Positions 19,701-29,100 of a stretch of DNA of 64,000 nt are shown here, one piece after another. The position numbers were made by a program, and so were the translations under genes. The number at the start of each line of letters is the position of its first letter. Position 1 is the first letter of the stretch. The notes under the pieces were generated by a model, which had not been told where the DNA came from, searched no databases, and saw only the letters and a list, made by a program, of their open reading frames with translations. Source of the stretch: Candidatus Cloacimonadales bacterium (GTDB taxonomy: Bacteria; Cloacimonadota; Cloacimonadia; Cloacimonadales; JAIOQZ01); assembly GCA_963662655.2 (NCBI GenBank), contig CAXXTU010000002.1, positions 160,001-224,000 on the forward strand. The letters run 5' to 3'.

Positions 19701-22128
19701 GGGCCCAAGCCCGATGATCGCTGCTTTCTGGGACGACCTGTACACAACGGGCGGCGGTGTTTACACCTATTTCGACAGCGACATGAATTACTTCGTGATC
19801 GAGTGGTCAAACTGCAAGAATTCTGCGGGTAACGCAACGGAGACATTCGAGATCATCCTGTACGATCCTGCTTTCTATCCTACGTCAACCGGTGACGGCG
19901 AGATCAAGATACAATATCACACATTCAACAATGTCGATTCAAACGTTTCTTCCGGAGGCCCTCAGGGTAACTACTGCTCGGTAGGTATCGAGGACGAGAC
20001 CGCATTGGTGGGCCTGAACTATACATACAACAATGAGTATCCGACAGCGGCAAGGCATCTCGCGAGCGGGATGGCGCTGCTGTTCACGGGGATTCCATTG
20101 TCCATGGAACACTCGTACCTCACAATGGGCGATCTCTTTCTGAACGATACCAACGGCAACGGACTGGTCGAATCCGGAGAGATGGTTAACCTCGGGATTT
20201 CTCTGAACAACATCGGGCAGCAGACCGCCCAGGGCGTTCATGCAACCCTTTCCTCCACCGACCAGTATGTGGAAGTGCTTTCGAACCATTCGTACTATCC
20301 GAACATCGAAGACGGCGGGAGCGAGTACGGCACGAGCTATTTCTCATTTATTGTCGATGAGGATGTTCCCGACGGTTACATGATTCCGTTCCTGCTCGAG
20401 GCGTCTTGCACCAACGGTACCTGGAGTTACACGTTCTATCGCAAGGTTTACAAACCGAGCATCGAAGTAGACCTGTACCTGATCAACGATGAAGCAGGAA
20501 ATGGCAACGGAACCGCTGAACCGGGTGAAGACTTCACATACGTCGTATCGCTCCTCAATACGGGCTTGGTCGATGCACATAATGTGGTTGCGACGGTCTC
20601 GACAACCAGCCAGTACCTCGATATCACGACGCCAACGTTTGAATACGGAATGATAACTTTCGAAAACAGCATTCAGGGGGTTTTCGGGATGAGCTTGTCG
20701 AGTTCGGCTCCGTCCGAGACAGGCATTCCCGTCTTGATTACCATCACTGCCGACGGTATGGAGCCCATCGAAGTTGAGTCGATGATTGGTTCAGGCGTAT
20801 CGCCCGGAGTATTCGAAGAGCACTTCACAACCTTCCTGCCGGATGGCTGGACCATTGACGCCAACGCAGAAAACTGGACACAATCCCTTACAGCATCGGC
20901 CGGGGGAGAGATGCCTGAAGTGAAGTTCAATTGGAGTCCCCAGTTTGAAGGTACATCAAGGATGATTACGCACCAGATGAATCTGATCGGCGCTACAAAC
21001 GTGTCTGTCCAGTTCAAGTACTCGTTGGACGATTATGGCCATAGCGGTTACAGTATTGGACTGGCCGCACGCTCGGACAGCTTTGACTGGACGTCCTTGT
21101 GGGAGATTGCTCCTGCCGACGATATTTCCATGGAAATCATGACCGTAAACGTTCCTCAGCAATACGTGAATGCAATGAATCTGCAATTCGCATGGTACTT
21201 CAGTGGGCGCTCGTTTAATATCAACCAGTGGTACATCGATGATGTCGTGCTGAATGCGATTCTTGGGAACGGTGGAACCATATCCGGAATCGTCACCCTG
21301 GACAATCCGGACGACAGTCCTGAGCATGCAGTTGTCAAGGCTGGAGATTATTCCACGCATCCGGATTCGACAGGGTCCTACAAACTCTACGTACCCAAGG
21401 GGGAATTTCCTGAGTTGAGGGCGTCGAACAAGTGGTATGAACCTGCTTCGTATTACGACCTGGAAATCGATTTCGGCGATACATTGGAAGACTACGATTT
21501 CAATCTGTCATACTTCGTTCCGCCTACCGGGCTCACCTTCACAATGGAAGACGAGACGATGATCCTCGACTGGAATTACGGCGATGACAGGGGGAACGAC
21601 TTAAGACGCAACGGTACTCGCGACCGTCTTGATTTCAGTCATTTCAAGGTCTATCGGCAGATCGATACGAGTAATTTTATGGAAATCGCCACGACGGAGG
21701 ATATGACGTTCTCCGAGGTTATCGATACGACCCTCTACCATGAGTATTACGTAACGGCAATTTATACCTCAGGCGAGAGCGACTCGACCAATCATGTAAC
21801 GAGCGCGGACTGGTACCCCCACGATGCGAATCCGGATGGAGTTCCCGCGTTTGTTAATCATCTCGGGAAGAACTATCCGAATCCCTTCAATCCGGAAACG
21901 ACGATCCAGTTCTCGATTGCGAACAAAGAGGAAACGGAGCTCATCGTTTATAACGTGAAAGGCCAGAGGGTCCGTACGCTCATCAAAGACAAGCTTGAGG
22001 CGGGTAAGTACACAATCCGATGGCAAGGTGAAAACGACACCGGAAAACAAGTTTCTTCCGGCGTTTATTTCTATAAACTCAAGGCTGGAGACTTCAGCAG
22101 CGTTCAGAAGATGCTACTCCTGAAGTAG
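16705..22128 (+). CDS. Large gingipain-like C25 family protein with a FlgD-Ig/T9SS-like C-terminal domain
   Basis: Signal peptide MNKKYL (GGAG RBS); propeptide 'GYPELP'; 'FVVLIGD', 'IGRIS', 'NYRGYG', 'ILTCDTG', 'QMGDP'; repeated 'GDG.A.PGE' Ig-like modules; tail 'NYPNPFNPET...KMLLLK'. Confidence 0.88.
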   Translation: MNKKYLILLLIMAIVVTAFAAPRIIDGQQTDKVFMSKSADDAGTILEFSLPEMVMNDVEVEGQTYQRFDFENAGFTIEAGYPELPTFNTFVAISERGNVSVEMTVLQEDVYENVNIYPAQGVRLDGMDPPFSINTNYYSGKKQWSQKAVAISEPMILRDFRVASLTVNPMEYNPVTKRLRVLREVEVQVRNEGGTGQNELIGARKQSRSFENIYRSMITNYETLRDEEPEYQQRSMIVIYPFNSQLQQYIDSFIDWKRNKGFKVIDAPTNEIGTSTSAIKNYIQDQYETLEDPPEFVVLIGDVGGTIGIPTWIESFTTYDGEGDYPYTLLAGNDYLPEMCIGRISVSNVSEFMTYLTKVNIYERNINMDDTAFYRRNLLVGDTTPSGLSCVVTNKYIKELMLAYQPDHTFTELYSGDPSPNDMNAAMNNGTLFFNYRGYGGMSGYDNYEIEALTNYNKLVNTVILTCDTGSFGSFSRTEDFIRVGSPSTPTGAISSIGLATIGTHTRYNNTITSGIFAGIFEYDMRTMGEALVAGEMQMYRTYQNVDWTSTQAFIHWCNQMGDPTLDILTDIPIILHAEYADEIPLGQMFIEVEVTDETNDPVEDAWVTARMDEDAVYATGYTDENGHIILRFNDSVAGDVSLVVTKPNYKPVLGGFDILNSGSIAYNAMNIDDDASGESQGDGDGEANPGETIELVISLRNFSSSSIANVSGELTTDDPYVTISDSEEDFGTISANGTAECTDDFDIYIHPDVPDNREIEFTLDLGVNGVTKFWLPIRGNDLDIMYWDVSDNGNDVLDTGETAPFFITVKNNGAVNMDDVCAVLRCPTGLIDIEDSLATFGDIMISESVQCTQDGFILTGRTQLVTGMQVELELMLYNESGYHETEYLTIPIGIVTVDDPLGPDAHGYLCYDSGDTDYYQVPSYDWVEIDPNLGGYGTNTGMSDTAQEGDEIVIMELPFPFSFYGKSETIVSISTNGWITFGETEQVTFRNFIIPGPMGPSPMIAAFWDDLYTTGGGVYTYFDSDMNYFVIEWSNCKNSAGNATETFEIILYDPAFYPTSTGDGEIKIQYHTFNNVDSNVSSGGPQGNYCSVGIEDETALVGLNYTYNNEYPTAARHLASGMALLFTGIPLSMEHSYLTMGDLFLNDTNGNGLVESGEMVNLGISLNNIGQQTAQGVHATLSSTDQYVEVLSNHSYYPNIEDGGSEYGTSYFSFIVDEDVPDGYMIPFLLEASCTNGTWSYTFYRKVYKPSIEVDLYLINDEAGNGNGTAEPGEDFTYVVSLLNTGLVDAHNVVATVSTTSQYLDITTPTFEYGMITFENSIQGVFGMSLSSSAPSETGIPVLITITADGMEPIEVESMIGSGVSPGVFEEHFTTFLPDGWTIDANAENWTQSLTASAGGEMPEVKFNWSPQFEGTSRMITHQMNLIGATNVSVQFKYSLDDYGHSGYSIGLAARSDSFDWTSLWEIAPADDISMEIMTVNVPQQYVNAMNLQFAWYFSGRSFNINQWYIDDVVLNAILGNGGTISGIVTLDNPDDSPEHAVVKAGDYSTHPDSTGSYKLYVPKGEFPELRASNKWYEPASYYDLEIDFGDTLEDYDFNLSYFVPPTGLTFTMEDETMILDWNYGDDRGNDLRRNGTRDRLDFSHFKVYRQIDTSNFMEIATTEDMTFSEVIDTTLYHEYYVTAIYTSGESDSTNHVTSADWYPHDANPDGVPAFVNHLGKNYPNPFNPETTIQFSIANKEETELIVYNVKGQRVRTLIKDKLEAGKYTIRWQGENDTGKQVSSGVYFYKLKAGDFSSVQKMLLLK

Positions 22129-22158
22129 TGCAACGCTGAAGCAAGAAGCCGAAAATAT

Positions 22159-22196
22159 AACACCGCCCGTGATTCATTTCCGGGCGGTGTTTTTTT
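22159..22196 (+). terminator. Rho-independent terminator
   Basis: AACACCGCCCG/CGGGCGGTGTT stem plus T-run. Confidence 0.85.
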
Positions 22197-22212
22197 CATC
22201 GTCAGAAAAACC

Positions 22213-22241
22213 TTGACGCGATAATTATCGTTAACTACTCT
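22213..22241 (+). promoter_or_regulatory. Putative sigma70-type promoter
   Basis: TTGACG-N17-TACTCT directly after the terminator and about 40 nt before the next start. Confidence 0.45.
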
Positions 22242-22279
22242 TCATACAACACGTTCAGGAAGACTTGGGGAGGCATACG

Positions 22280-24460
22280 ATGATAAAAATCAATTTGCTA
22301 CTCTTGTTCCTGGTAATTCTACTGAAACTCGGCTCGATCGCCCATCACGTCGATTACCGTGAAGCCGATACCGTCGTTCCCAAGGCGATCGTCGGGGATG
22401 TGATGTTTGCGATGAAGAGCCCTGAAGCTGAATACAAACTCTACGATTTGAGCGATCCCTACAACGTCAAAGAAGCTGGAAGTGTCGAGCATTGCGTTCA
22501 TTTTATCGCAATGGAAGATGATTACCTGGCATTTCTCTGTTGCAGTGACTCCATTTTAATCTACAACATTGAAGATATATACAACCCCTATCTCGATATT
22601 GTTCTTAAGACCAGCATACATGCCTATCATTCCTGGATATCCGGCAAGAACTACAGCCTTGAAATCGACGGGAGTTATCTGTATCTCAACTGGATGTTGG
22701 AGTACGAGGAATGGGGCGAAACGGATGCCTGCGAGGAAATCTGGAATATCAGCAGTCATAGCAATCCTGTAAGTGTATATCACAATGTGGAGTACTGGGG
22801 GGACGGGCTGATCGATAGCATCATCGAGGATGGCCTTGCCTACACGATCAACATCTGGGACGAAAGTCTCAAGATATTCGATGTGACCGAGCCCTTGGAC
22901 TGGAAGGAGATCGGCAAGGCCGAGCTGCCCCGCGATCCGGAGTTTTTCTACAAGCAGGGAGATACCGTACTTGTTTATGACAAGTACGACAACCTCTATA
23001 CGATAGACGTGTCCGATGCGGCCTCTCCAACGATTATCAATGCGGTGAACTTCCCCAGCGGATACAACTTGTTTGTGTGTCACAATGGGCATTACTATCT
23101 GTATGGCAGCAGGATGGGATTTGCTATTCTGGATACGTCCGACATGGGTAATATTTCAATCCTCGCCGAGTTCAGCCTGTATGAGAACTCGACGTTCATG
23201 TTCTTCGTCGATGATTATACGGCAATGGTGCCATGCAAAGACTCCAATCAGTTCATCGATTTCTCTGATCCTGGTTGCGATTTTCTGTGGGACAAATGGA
23301 ATGAATACACGATGTGGCAGTCATACCGCTGTGCATTGCAATATCCTTACTTCTGCGTATTCGAAAAGGGAGGGTTCCATGTTCTGAACGTTTCCGATCC
23401 TGAAGAAATGTATGAGAAAGGGCTTGCCGATTTCGCTGCCGGTAACGTATCGCTCAAGATCGAGATGGCGTATGCGTATTGTACTGGAGGATCGGGTATC
23501 ACGGTGTGCGACATCAAGAAGTCGGGGGGAGTCGGTTTTGTGTCGAGATTCGATATGGCAGGGGGAATAACGGACATCTCTGTTTATAACAGGCACCTTT
23601 ACGCTTTTTGCCATAGCAGGATCAATACGTTCGATCTCGCCAACATTCTGGTTCCGGAAAATCTGGGATGCAATTCAGTGCCATACGGCAATTATCGCAG
23701 TGACGTTTATCAGGGGCACCTGTTCTCATGGGCGGGAGATATTGGAATCACCGTTTTCTCGATTGGCGAGGATTATTTACCCGTCGAGAAGAATCGCATA
23801 TCTGTCGATGCAGTTGTGGAGATTTTGTTCTACGGAGACTACATGTATGCCGTGCGGAACACCGACATTCAAGTCTATAACATCTGCAATGTTTCCAATC
23901 CGGTTTTCGTGACCGCCGTCGAATTCGATCCCATTCACAATGTTACAGCTTGCGCGATCGAGGGCAACGAATTGTATATTTGCGATGCCAATTGGAACCG
24001 GGTACAGACATTCGGTTTGAGCGATCCATCATATCCCGAAATGACGAACGAGCTTTACCTGGATCATCCCATCTATGCGCTTTTCTTCGTCGGCAACGCG
24101 GCGATCATGGATAATGGCTACGGGCTTATCCAGTCGCTGGACCGGACGGCGATATCGACTACGTTTGTACCGCAAATTCCCACGGTCGACCACTTCAAGC
24201 AAAATTACCCCAATCCGTTCAATCCAGAAACGCATATCGAATTCAGTATCAACAAACAAGCACACACCAGTCTGAAGATTTACAACGTCAAAGGCCAACT
24301 GGTTAACACGCTCGTTGATTGTGTCCTTCCGGAGGGTGATTACAACGAGATATGGCGTGGAGTCGATAGCCGGAACAAGCCGGTGTCCTCAGGCGTGTAT
24401 TTCTATCGGATCGAGGCCGGCGGATATCAATCGACCAGAAAAATGCTGCTGATGAAATAA
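22280..24460 (+). CDS. Secreted LVIVD-repeat protein with a FlgD-Ig/T9SS-like C-terminal domain
   Basis: Signal peptide; many 'xIxDVSDP'-type repeats; tail 'QNYPNPFNPET...SGVYFY...KMLLMK'; GGAGG RBS before ATG 22280. Confidence 0.8.
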   Translation: MIKINLLLLFLVILLKLGSIAHHVDYREADTVVPKAIVGDVMFAMKSPEAEYKLYDLSDPYNVKEAGSVEHCVHFIAMEDDYLAFLCCSDSILIYNIEDIYNPYLDIVLKTSIHAYHSWISGKNYSLEIDGSYLYLNWMLEYEEWGETDACEEIWNISSHSNPVSVYHNVEYWGDGLIDSIIEDGLAYTINIWDESLKIFDVTEPLDWKEIGKAELPRDPEFFYKQGDTVLVYDKYDNLYTIDVSDAASPTIINAVNFPSGYNLFVCHNGHYYLYGSRMGFAILDTSDMGNISILAEFSLYENSTFMFFVDDYTAMVPCKDSNQFIDFSDPGCDFLWDKWNEYTMWQSYRCALQYPYFCVFEKGGFHVLNVSDPEEMYEKGLADFAAGNVSLKIEMAYAYCTGGSGITVCDIKKSGGVGFVSRFDMAGGITDISVYNRHLYAFCHSRINTFDLANILVPENLGCNSVPYGNYRSDVYQGHLFSWAGDIGITVFSIGEDYLPVEKNRISVDAVVEILFYGDYMYAVRNTDIQVYNICNVSNPVFVTAVEFDPIHNVTACAIEGNELYICDANWNRVQTFGLSDPSYPEMTNELYLDHPIYALFFVGNAAIMDNGYGLIQSLDRTAISTTFVPQIPTVDHFKQNYPNPFNPETHIEFSINKQAHTSLKIYNVKGQLVNTLVDCVLPEGDYNEIWRGVDSRNKPVSSGVYFYRIEAGGYQSTRKMLLMK

Positions 24461-24461
24461 T

Positions 24462-24627
24462 GATTTTCGGCTTTGGCGAAGCCAAAACGAAACCAAAGCG
24501 TTGTGACTTTGCGAAGTGAAGTCATGTTAGCAGATTTTCGGCTTTGGCGAAGCCAAAACGAAATCTTGCCGGAAGCACGAAGTGCTGGAGTCGGCTTTCA
24601 CGAAGTGAAAACGGAAAAATCTGCTGA
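24462..24627 (+). repeat. Cluster of C-GAA-G triloop hairpins including a 31-bp direct repeat
   Basis: GATTTTCGGCTTTGGCGAAGCCAAAACGAAA at 24462-24492 and 24533-24563; variant TCGGCTTTCACGAAGTGAAAACG at 24591-24613; further hairpins at 24504-24524 and 24574-24586. Confidence 0.85.
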
Positions 24628-24659
24628 CGTTCGGTATCTCTGAAATCGGTGCGAACCCT

Positions 24660-24773
24660 CGCGGCGGGGCGGCGTGAAGCCCTGTAAGGGCTTCGGCAGT
24701 TTTTGAAATGTTTTCCATCTGAAAACTTTTCAAAAACTGTTAGTGCGCGAAGCGCACACGCCGCCCCGCCGCG
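24660..24773. repeat. Four-way-junction structured element, family J copy B (inverted relative to copy A)
   Basis: Perfect 16-bp stem CGCGGCGGGGCGGCGT/ACGCCGCCCCGCCGCG enclosing GAAGCCCT-GTA-AGGGCTTC, CAGTTTTTGAAA...TTTCAAAAACTG and GTGCGC-GAA-GCGCAC. Confidence 0.8.
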
Positions 24774-24791
24774 CGGGTGTCCTCGGAGCGA

Positions 24792-25370
24792 TCAGCTATA
24801 GTACGGTTCCTCTTTGAGCAAATGGCTCGCGAGTATCTTGAGATACAGGACCGGAGCGAACCACTCGATGCCTTCTGCAGGCTGTAAAACATAGAGTCCA
24901 AACACAAAACCGACAACCACCAGGAAGAATGCCACCGGTCGTTGAAGATAGTGCCGCGTAAAAAGCAGAATCAATGCTGCAATGACCAGATAAGCATACG
25001 CGCTGACGATGAAAATCCAATCGAAGCCCATGAAAACCCACGACATGATGACGATTTGCAGCAGATGCAGCAAAACAACTCCGAGATGTTGCTTGAACCC
25101 CTGCCCTTCGCGATGATACCAGCGTTTCGCGGATGAAGTGGCGTTTGTCAGGACTCCTCCTGCCATGTCAATTGCGATGAGAAAACCGATAAGATATTGC
25201 CACCAGGTCCAGCCCAGATTCCTGCAATATGCCTGGGCTAATATCAAGACACCAAACAATGCTGCCAGACTGAACTGCATGGCGATTTCCGCTTTGGTTG
25301 CTCCGGGTCCGATAAATTTATCCAGACCGTTACGAGGCTCGGGGTAGTTCCAGTCGATTCGAGAACTCAT
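24792..25370 (-). CDS. Hypothetical multi-pass membrane protein
   Basis: 192 aa with about 6 hydrophobic segments, AAGGAG RBS, 'FIGPGAT' and 'NATSSAKRWYH' segments. Function not recognised. Confidence 0.75.
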   Translation of the reverse strand: MSSRIDWNYPEPRNGLDKFIGPGATKAEIAMQFSLAALFGVLILAQAYCRNLGWTWWQYLIGFLIAIDMAGGVLTNATSSAKRWYHREGQGFKQHLGVVLLHLLQIVIMSWVFMGFDWIFIVSAYAYLVIAALILLFTRHYLQRPVAFFLVVVGFVFGLYVLQPAEGIEWFAPVLYLKILASHLLKEEPYYS

Positions 25371-25393
25371 GAAACGCTCCTTTTTAATTACTC

Positions 25394-25433
25394 AAGAAAA
25401 GAAATGCAGGTTGATAGAAAATACCAACCTGCA
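25394..25433 (-). terminator. Probable terminator after the lipoprotein gene
   Basis: Minus strand TGCAGGTTGGTA/TATCAACCTGCA stem followed by TTTCTTTT. Confidence 0.6.
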
Positions 25434-25447
25434 AAAGTAGTGTAATG

Positions 25448-26062
25448 TTAGATTCCGTATTCGGGATGAATTTTCGGGCGTGATTCTTCCGTTCTTGCCA
25501 TCCACCTTTCGTAAGCGGCTGTCCGTTTCTGCTGAATACTCTGCATATTGGAACTGGCCCACTCGAACGATTCGTCGTTGGGCTTCACCCACTTGCACGT
25601 TGAAAGGTTTTTATTGAATTTGTCGCTTTCGGCTTCGGCTTTGGGCACAGCCCGGAGCGAGAACCGTGCTTTCCAGGCTCCCATTCGCGGCGTTACTTCC
25701 GCATAGTATGTTTTCCCCGCTTCCAGATCGGCATACATGAAATCAGCGGATTCCCCAATGACCGTAAAGAGGTGTTCCCCGGGCTCCACCATATACGCAA
25801 CACGTTTCTTTGCCGCGACAATGCCCACCAGGTTGCACTCATCGCCAACAACCTCAAACACGCTGGATTGGACTTTATAGCCCAGGGTTTGCGGTCTGAT
25901 AAAGATTACAAGCGCTTTGCCGGGTTCCGGCTTGAGAATTTCCTGCCCGGGTTCGACCACCTGCATGAATTTTACGGGACCTTCCACTGCACAGCCTGCG
26001 ACAAAGAGAGTGAATGTGATAAAAATCAGATACAAGAACTTTGATGAATGATTGCTTTTCAT
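25448..26062 (-). CDS. Lipoprotein (DUF2846-like)
   Basis: Lipobox 'FVAGC'; 'PGKALVIFIRP', 'VEPGEH' and 'LEAGKTYY'; AAGGAG RBS. Confidence 0.7.
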   Translation of the reverse strand: MKSNHSSKFLYLIFITFTLFVAGCAVEGPVKFMQVVEPGQEILKPEPGKALVIFIRPQTLGYKVQSSVFEVVGDECNLVGIVAAKKRVAYMVEPGEHLFTVIGESADFMYADLEAGKTYYAEVTPRMGAWKARFSLRAVPKAEAESDKFNKNLSTCKWVKPNDESFEWASSNMQSIQQKRTAAYERWMARTEESRPKIHPEYGI

Positions 26063-26154
26063 TTGAGACTCCTTAGCTTATGTTTCAAACAAAACCATAT
26101 TCATCTCGCGAAAAATGAATGTCAAACAATTCATTCTCGTTAACGTTCAGCTTC

Positions 26155-29100
26155 TTACTTCAGCAGCAACCCCTTATGGACAGCCTTGTTTTTGTCGTCA
26201 ACGCGCAGCCGGTAGAAATAGATACCAGAGGATACGGAATTGCCATTGCTGTCCTGCCCCTGCCATTTCACGCGATGTTCCCCGGCAGCCAGACGTGATT
26301 TCACCAGCGTCGCAACCTTCTGTCCCTTGATGTTGAACACGCACAGCTCCACTTCACCTTCCTCCGGCATTGAGAATAGAACCGTCGTAACCGGATTGAA
26401 AGGATTCGGATAATTGCTGAGTGTGTAACGTAGAGGAACAACGCCATTGGGGTCAACCCCTGAAAGACAACTGTTCCTTTTTCCCGGCGTACCGTATTCT
26501 GTTGAAGCAGCCCAGCTCTCCGCCAGTCCGTTGTCGTAATCCGTGTTGATGAGCTCTAGCGTGGGGCCATCTCCGTCTGGGGGGGACGGCCAATCGCCAC
26601 CGTCGTCGTATTCCACCGAGTCGATCAGGTTGTCGTCCGCGTCATACAGGCGGATCAGTTCGCCGCCTCCGCTGAGCCCGAAATCGAAATCGCCGATATA
26701 GTTGGCCACTTCCGGGAAGCACGCGCAGAATTTCTCGGAATCCGTGCAGAGTACAAGATACGCTCCCGCATCGAGAACGGTTCCATCTGGAATGATAAAC
26801 ACGTGGTCGTCTTCTTCGTCTTTGAACGCCCAACCTGATATATCGTTGGGCAGATCGTCCGAATTGATGAGCTCTACCCAGTCGTCTGGATCGAAGCCGT
26901 CCGCGGAATTGTAGTTGATTTCGTTCAAGCAGATTGCTGTGTTATCGGGCCCCTCACGCTCGAATATGGCAGTATATTCCTGGTTATCCGCAAGGATGAT
27001 AGTAATCTGGGCGCTATCCTCCTGGGTGCCCTGCCACCCGTTGAATCGGTTGCCCGGTTCGGGAATGGCTGTCAGCCCGATAGGGATATCCGGGAAATAC
27101 GCCCCGCCCCAGGGATAATCGTCCGGGAGCGCGGTATTGACGCGAACATTGCCCGATTCTCCCGGTGATACGTCAACGGTCAGGGTACGCATGTCACCGA
27201 GACCGAAATGGTCTCGCAGATGCACTTTCATGTGCAGGTCGCGTTCCTGAGCGAAGGTGATCATGTTGTCCACATTTGCCTGCCAGTTCGCTATCTGGTT
27301 CCAGCGATTGTTGTGAGCCGGTATCTCCGATTGGATGACGGCAGCCTTCGCGTTGATCTGATCTACCATGATCTCGGGCTTCAGGCATGTGTTCATCAGG
27401 TCGCAGAAGCGGTTGATGAAATCGATCCGGAACGATTCATTCTCCATTAGCTTGCGTATGAAGATCGTTACCCAGGGCTGATCGGGCCAGCCTTGGCCAT
27501 CGGCATCTGTGGCATACTCAAGGGTATTGAAAGTATATTCATCGATACCGTAGAGGCCGAAACCGTAGTCGGTGTCGTACAAAATCCAACGCCATTTCCC
27601 ATCCGGTGTACGGGGTCTCCAGTACTTGATGTTGTTGCAAGGCCAATCCTGATTATTACAATAGATTTCGATTGCCTGATAGTTAATGAAGTTATCGATG
27701 TCCATGCGGTCGCAAACGAAGTCGTAATTCTCGGCAACACTCAGGTCATAGCCAGAGATATAGTCCTTAAGATTGTTATAATGCCGGTTGTCGCCCTCGA
27801 TAATGGCCCCGCCCTTTTCGAGAAGATCGATATGATCGGGATCAGCGCCGCAGTTGGAGGCGATAAAGTGTTCGTTGATCTTCTCACGAAGGTTGTGAAT
27901 ACCCCAGTATTCGCCGTTCAAATAAACAACCGTTGGGCGGTATGCCTGACGTTCAATCCCCTCGTCTGCCACGAGACCAGTAATCATGGCGTCCCTGAAC
28001 ATGGTCGATCGCCAGTCGTGACCGGAAGATCTAAGTATAAAGGTTTCAAACGAATCGATCTCTTTTTCCGGGAAAAGGGAGCATTCGACCTCACTACAGC
28101 CGTAACAACCGCGCGCATAAAAAGCCAGCGATTTCTGTGGGTAGGTGCGGGAATAGTTCCCGGTAATTTTCACGCCCATGGGAGCTTTGAAGAGCAACTG
28201 CCGGTTTTCGTCGAACATCTCGATGTAGATCGGTTTTTCCCAGTCATTCCAGTAGTTTGCACCCAGATAGGGGAATTCACTGTCGGCATTCGGTCCCTCT
28301 ACGTAGATTCCCCTTTCGTAATCGAAGAAATTGTCAGGGTCCGTGGAGAGAGAGACCACCGCCAGATCGTGGTCGACATTGATGAAGTACGTGTTGCATT
28401 GTGTGCAGCTCGGAAGCTTGGCCGTCTCGAAAGCTCTGGCCTTGATGACGGTTGTTTCCGAAACGTTGAACGGTTGCGAGTACAGTAAACTCTCCTCGGT
28501 CGGGTCGGATCCATCGAGTGTAAAACGAATAATGGAGGCTTCGGAAGAAGTCGCAAGCGATATGGTGCGTGGGCTGTCGAAAAATCCTCCTGCGCAGGAG
28601 AATACGGGGCTTTCAGCAATCCCCTGATACCCCCCAGTGCCATTTGCCGTTTCGGGAGTAGGGGCATCGTAAAACAACCACTGATCTCCACCATCCGGAT
28701 GCCTTCCGATGGAAACATCCGATGGAATGGCCCCTGTGGTTACGCAGTCGACAGTTACACCTTCGGGATCACTGAGGCAAAGAGTCTCCCCTTCGCCCGA
28801 TATCTTGAAATTGGTGTGCAGTCTTCGATATTGCAGTGGAAGTAGTAGATCGGCAGGACCGTGCGCACCCTCAGGAGGTTCTTCGGAGAACAACGTAACG
28901 AAAGGAATGGCCGTGAGATCCGAATCTTCTTCCGTGTGATTGTGAATTTCAATCGCGATGACATTCGTTCCGTTGCGAAAGTGAGATAGGTCAATATCGT
29001 ACGCCTCGGGAGTACCGCCCTGATAGATTTGAGCTTCAACGATTTCAAGCGATTCCTGATAATTCGCCGGTGTTACCCCGGGAGTCCCAATATTGGAACG

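Noticed and set aside
24462..24613. Mini-CRISPR array (31-bp palindromic repeat, 40-nt spacer)
   Set aside because: Only two exact repeats, with a third variant at a different spacing. The 'spacers' are themselves hairpins with the same GAA loop, and there are no cas genes in the window.
25371..25453. Integron attC site (ATCTAAC overlapping the stop codon of the 25448-26062 gene)
   Set aside because: No matching GTTRRRY end. The hairpin is followed by a T-tract like a terminator, and there is no integrase or cassette array.
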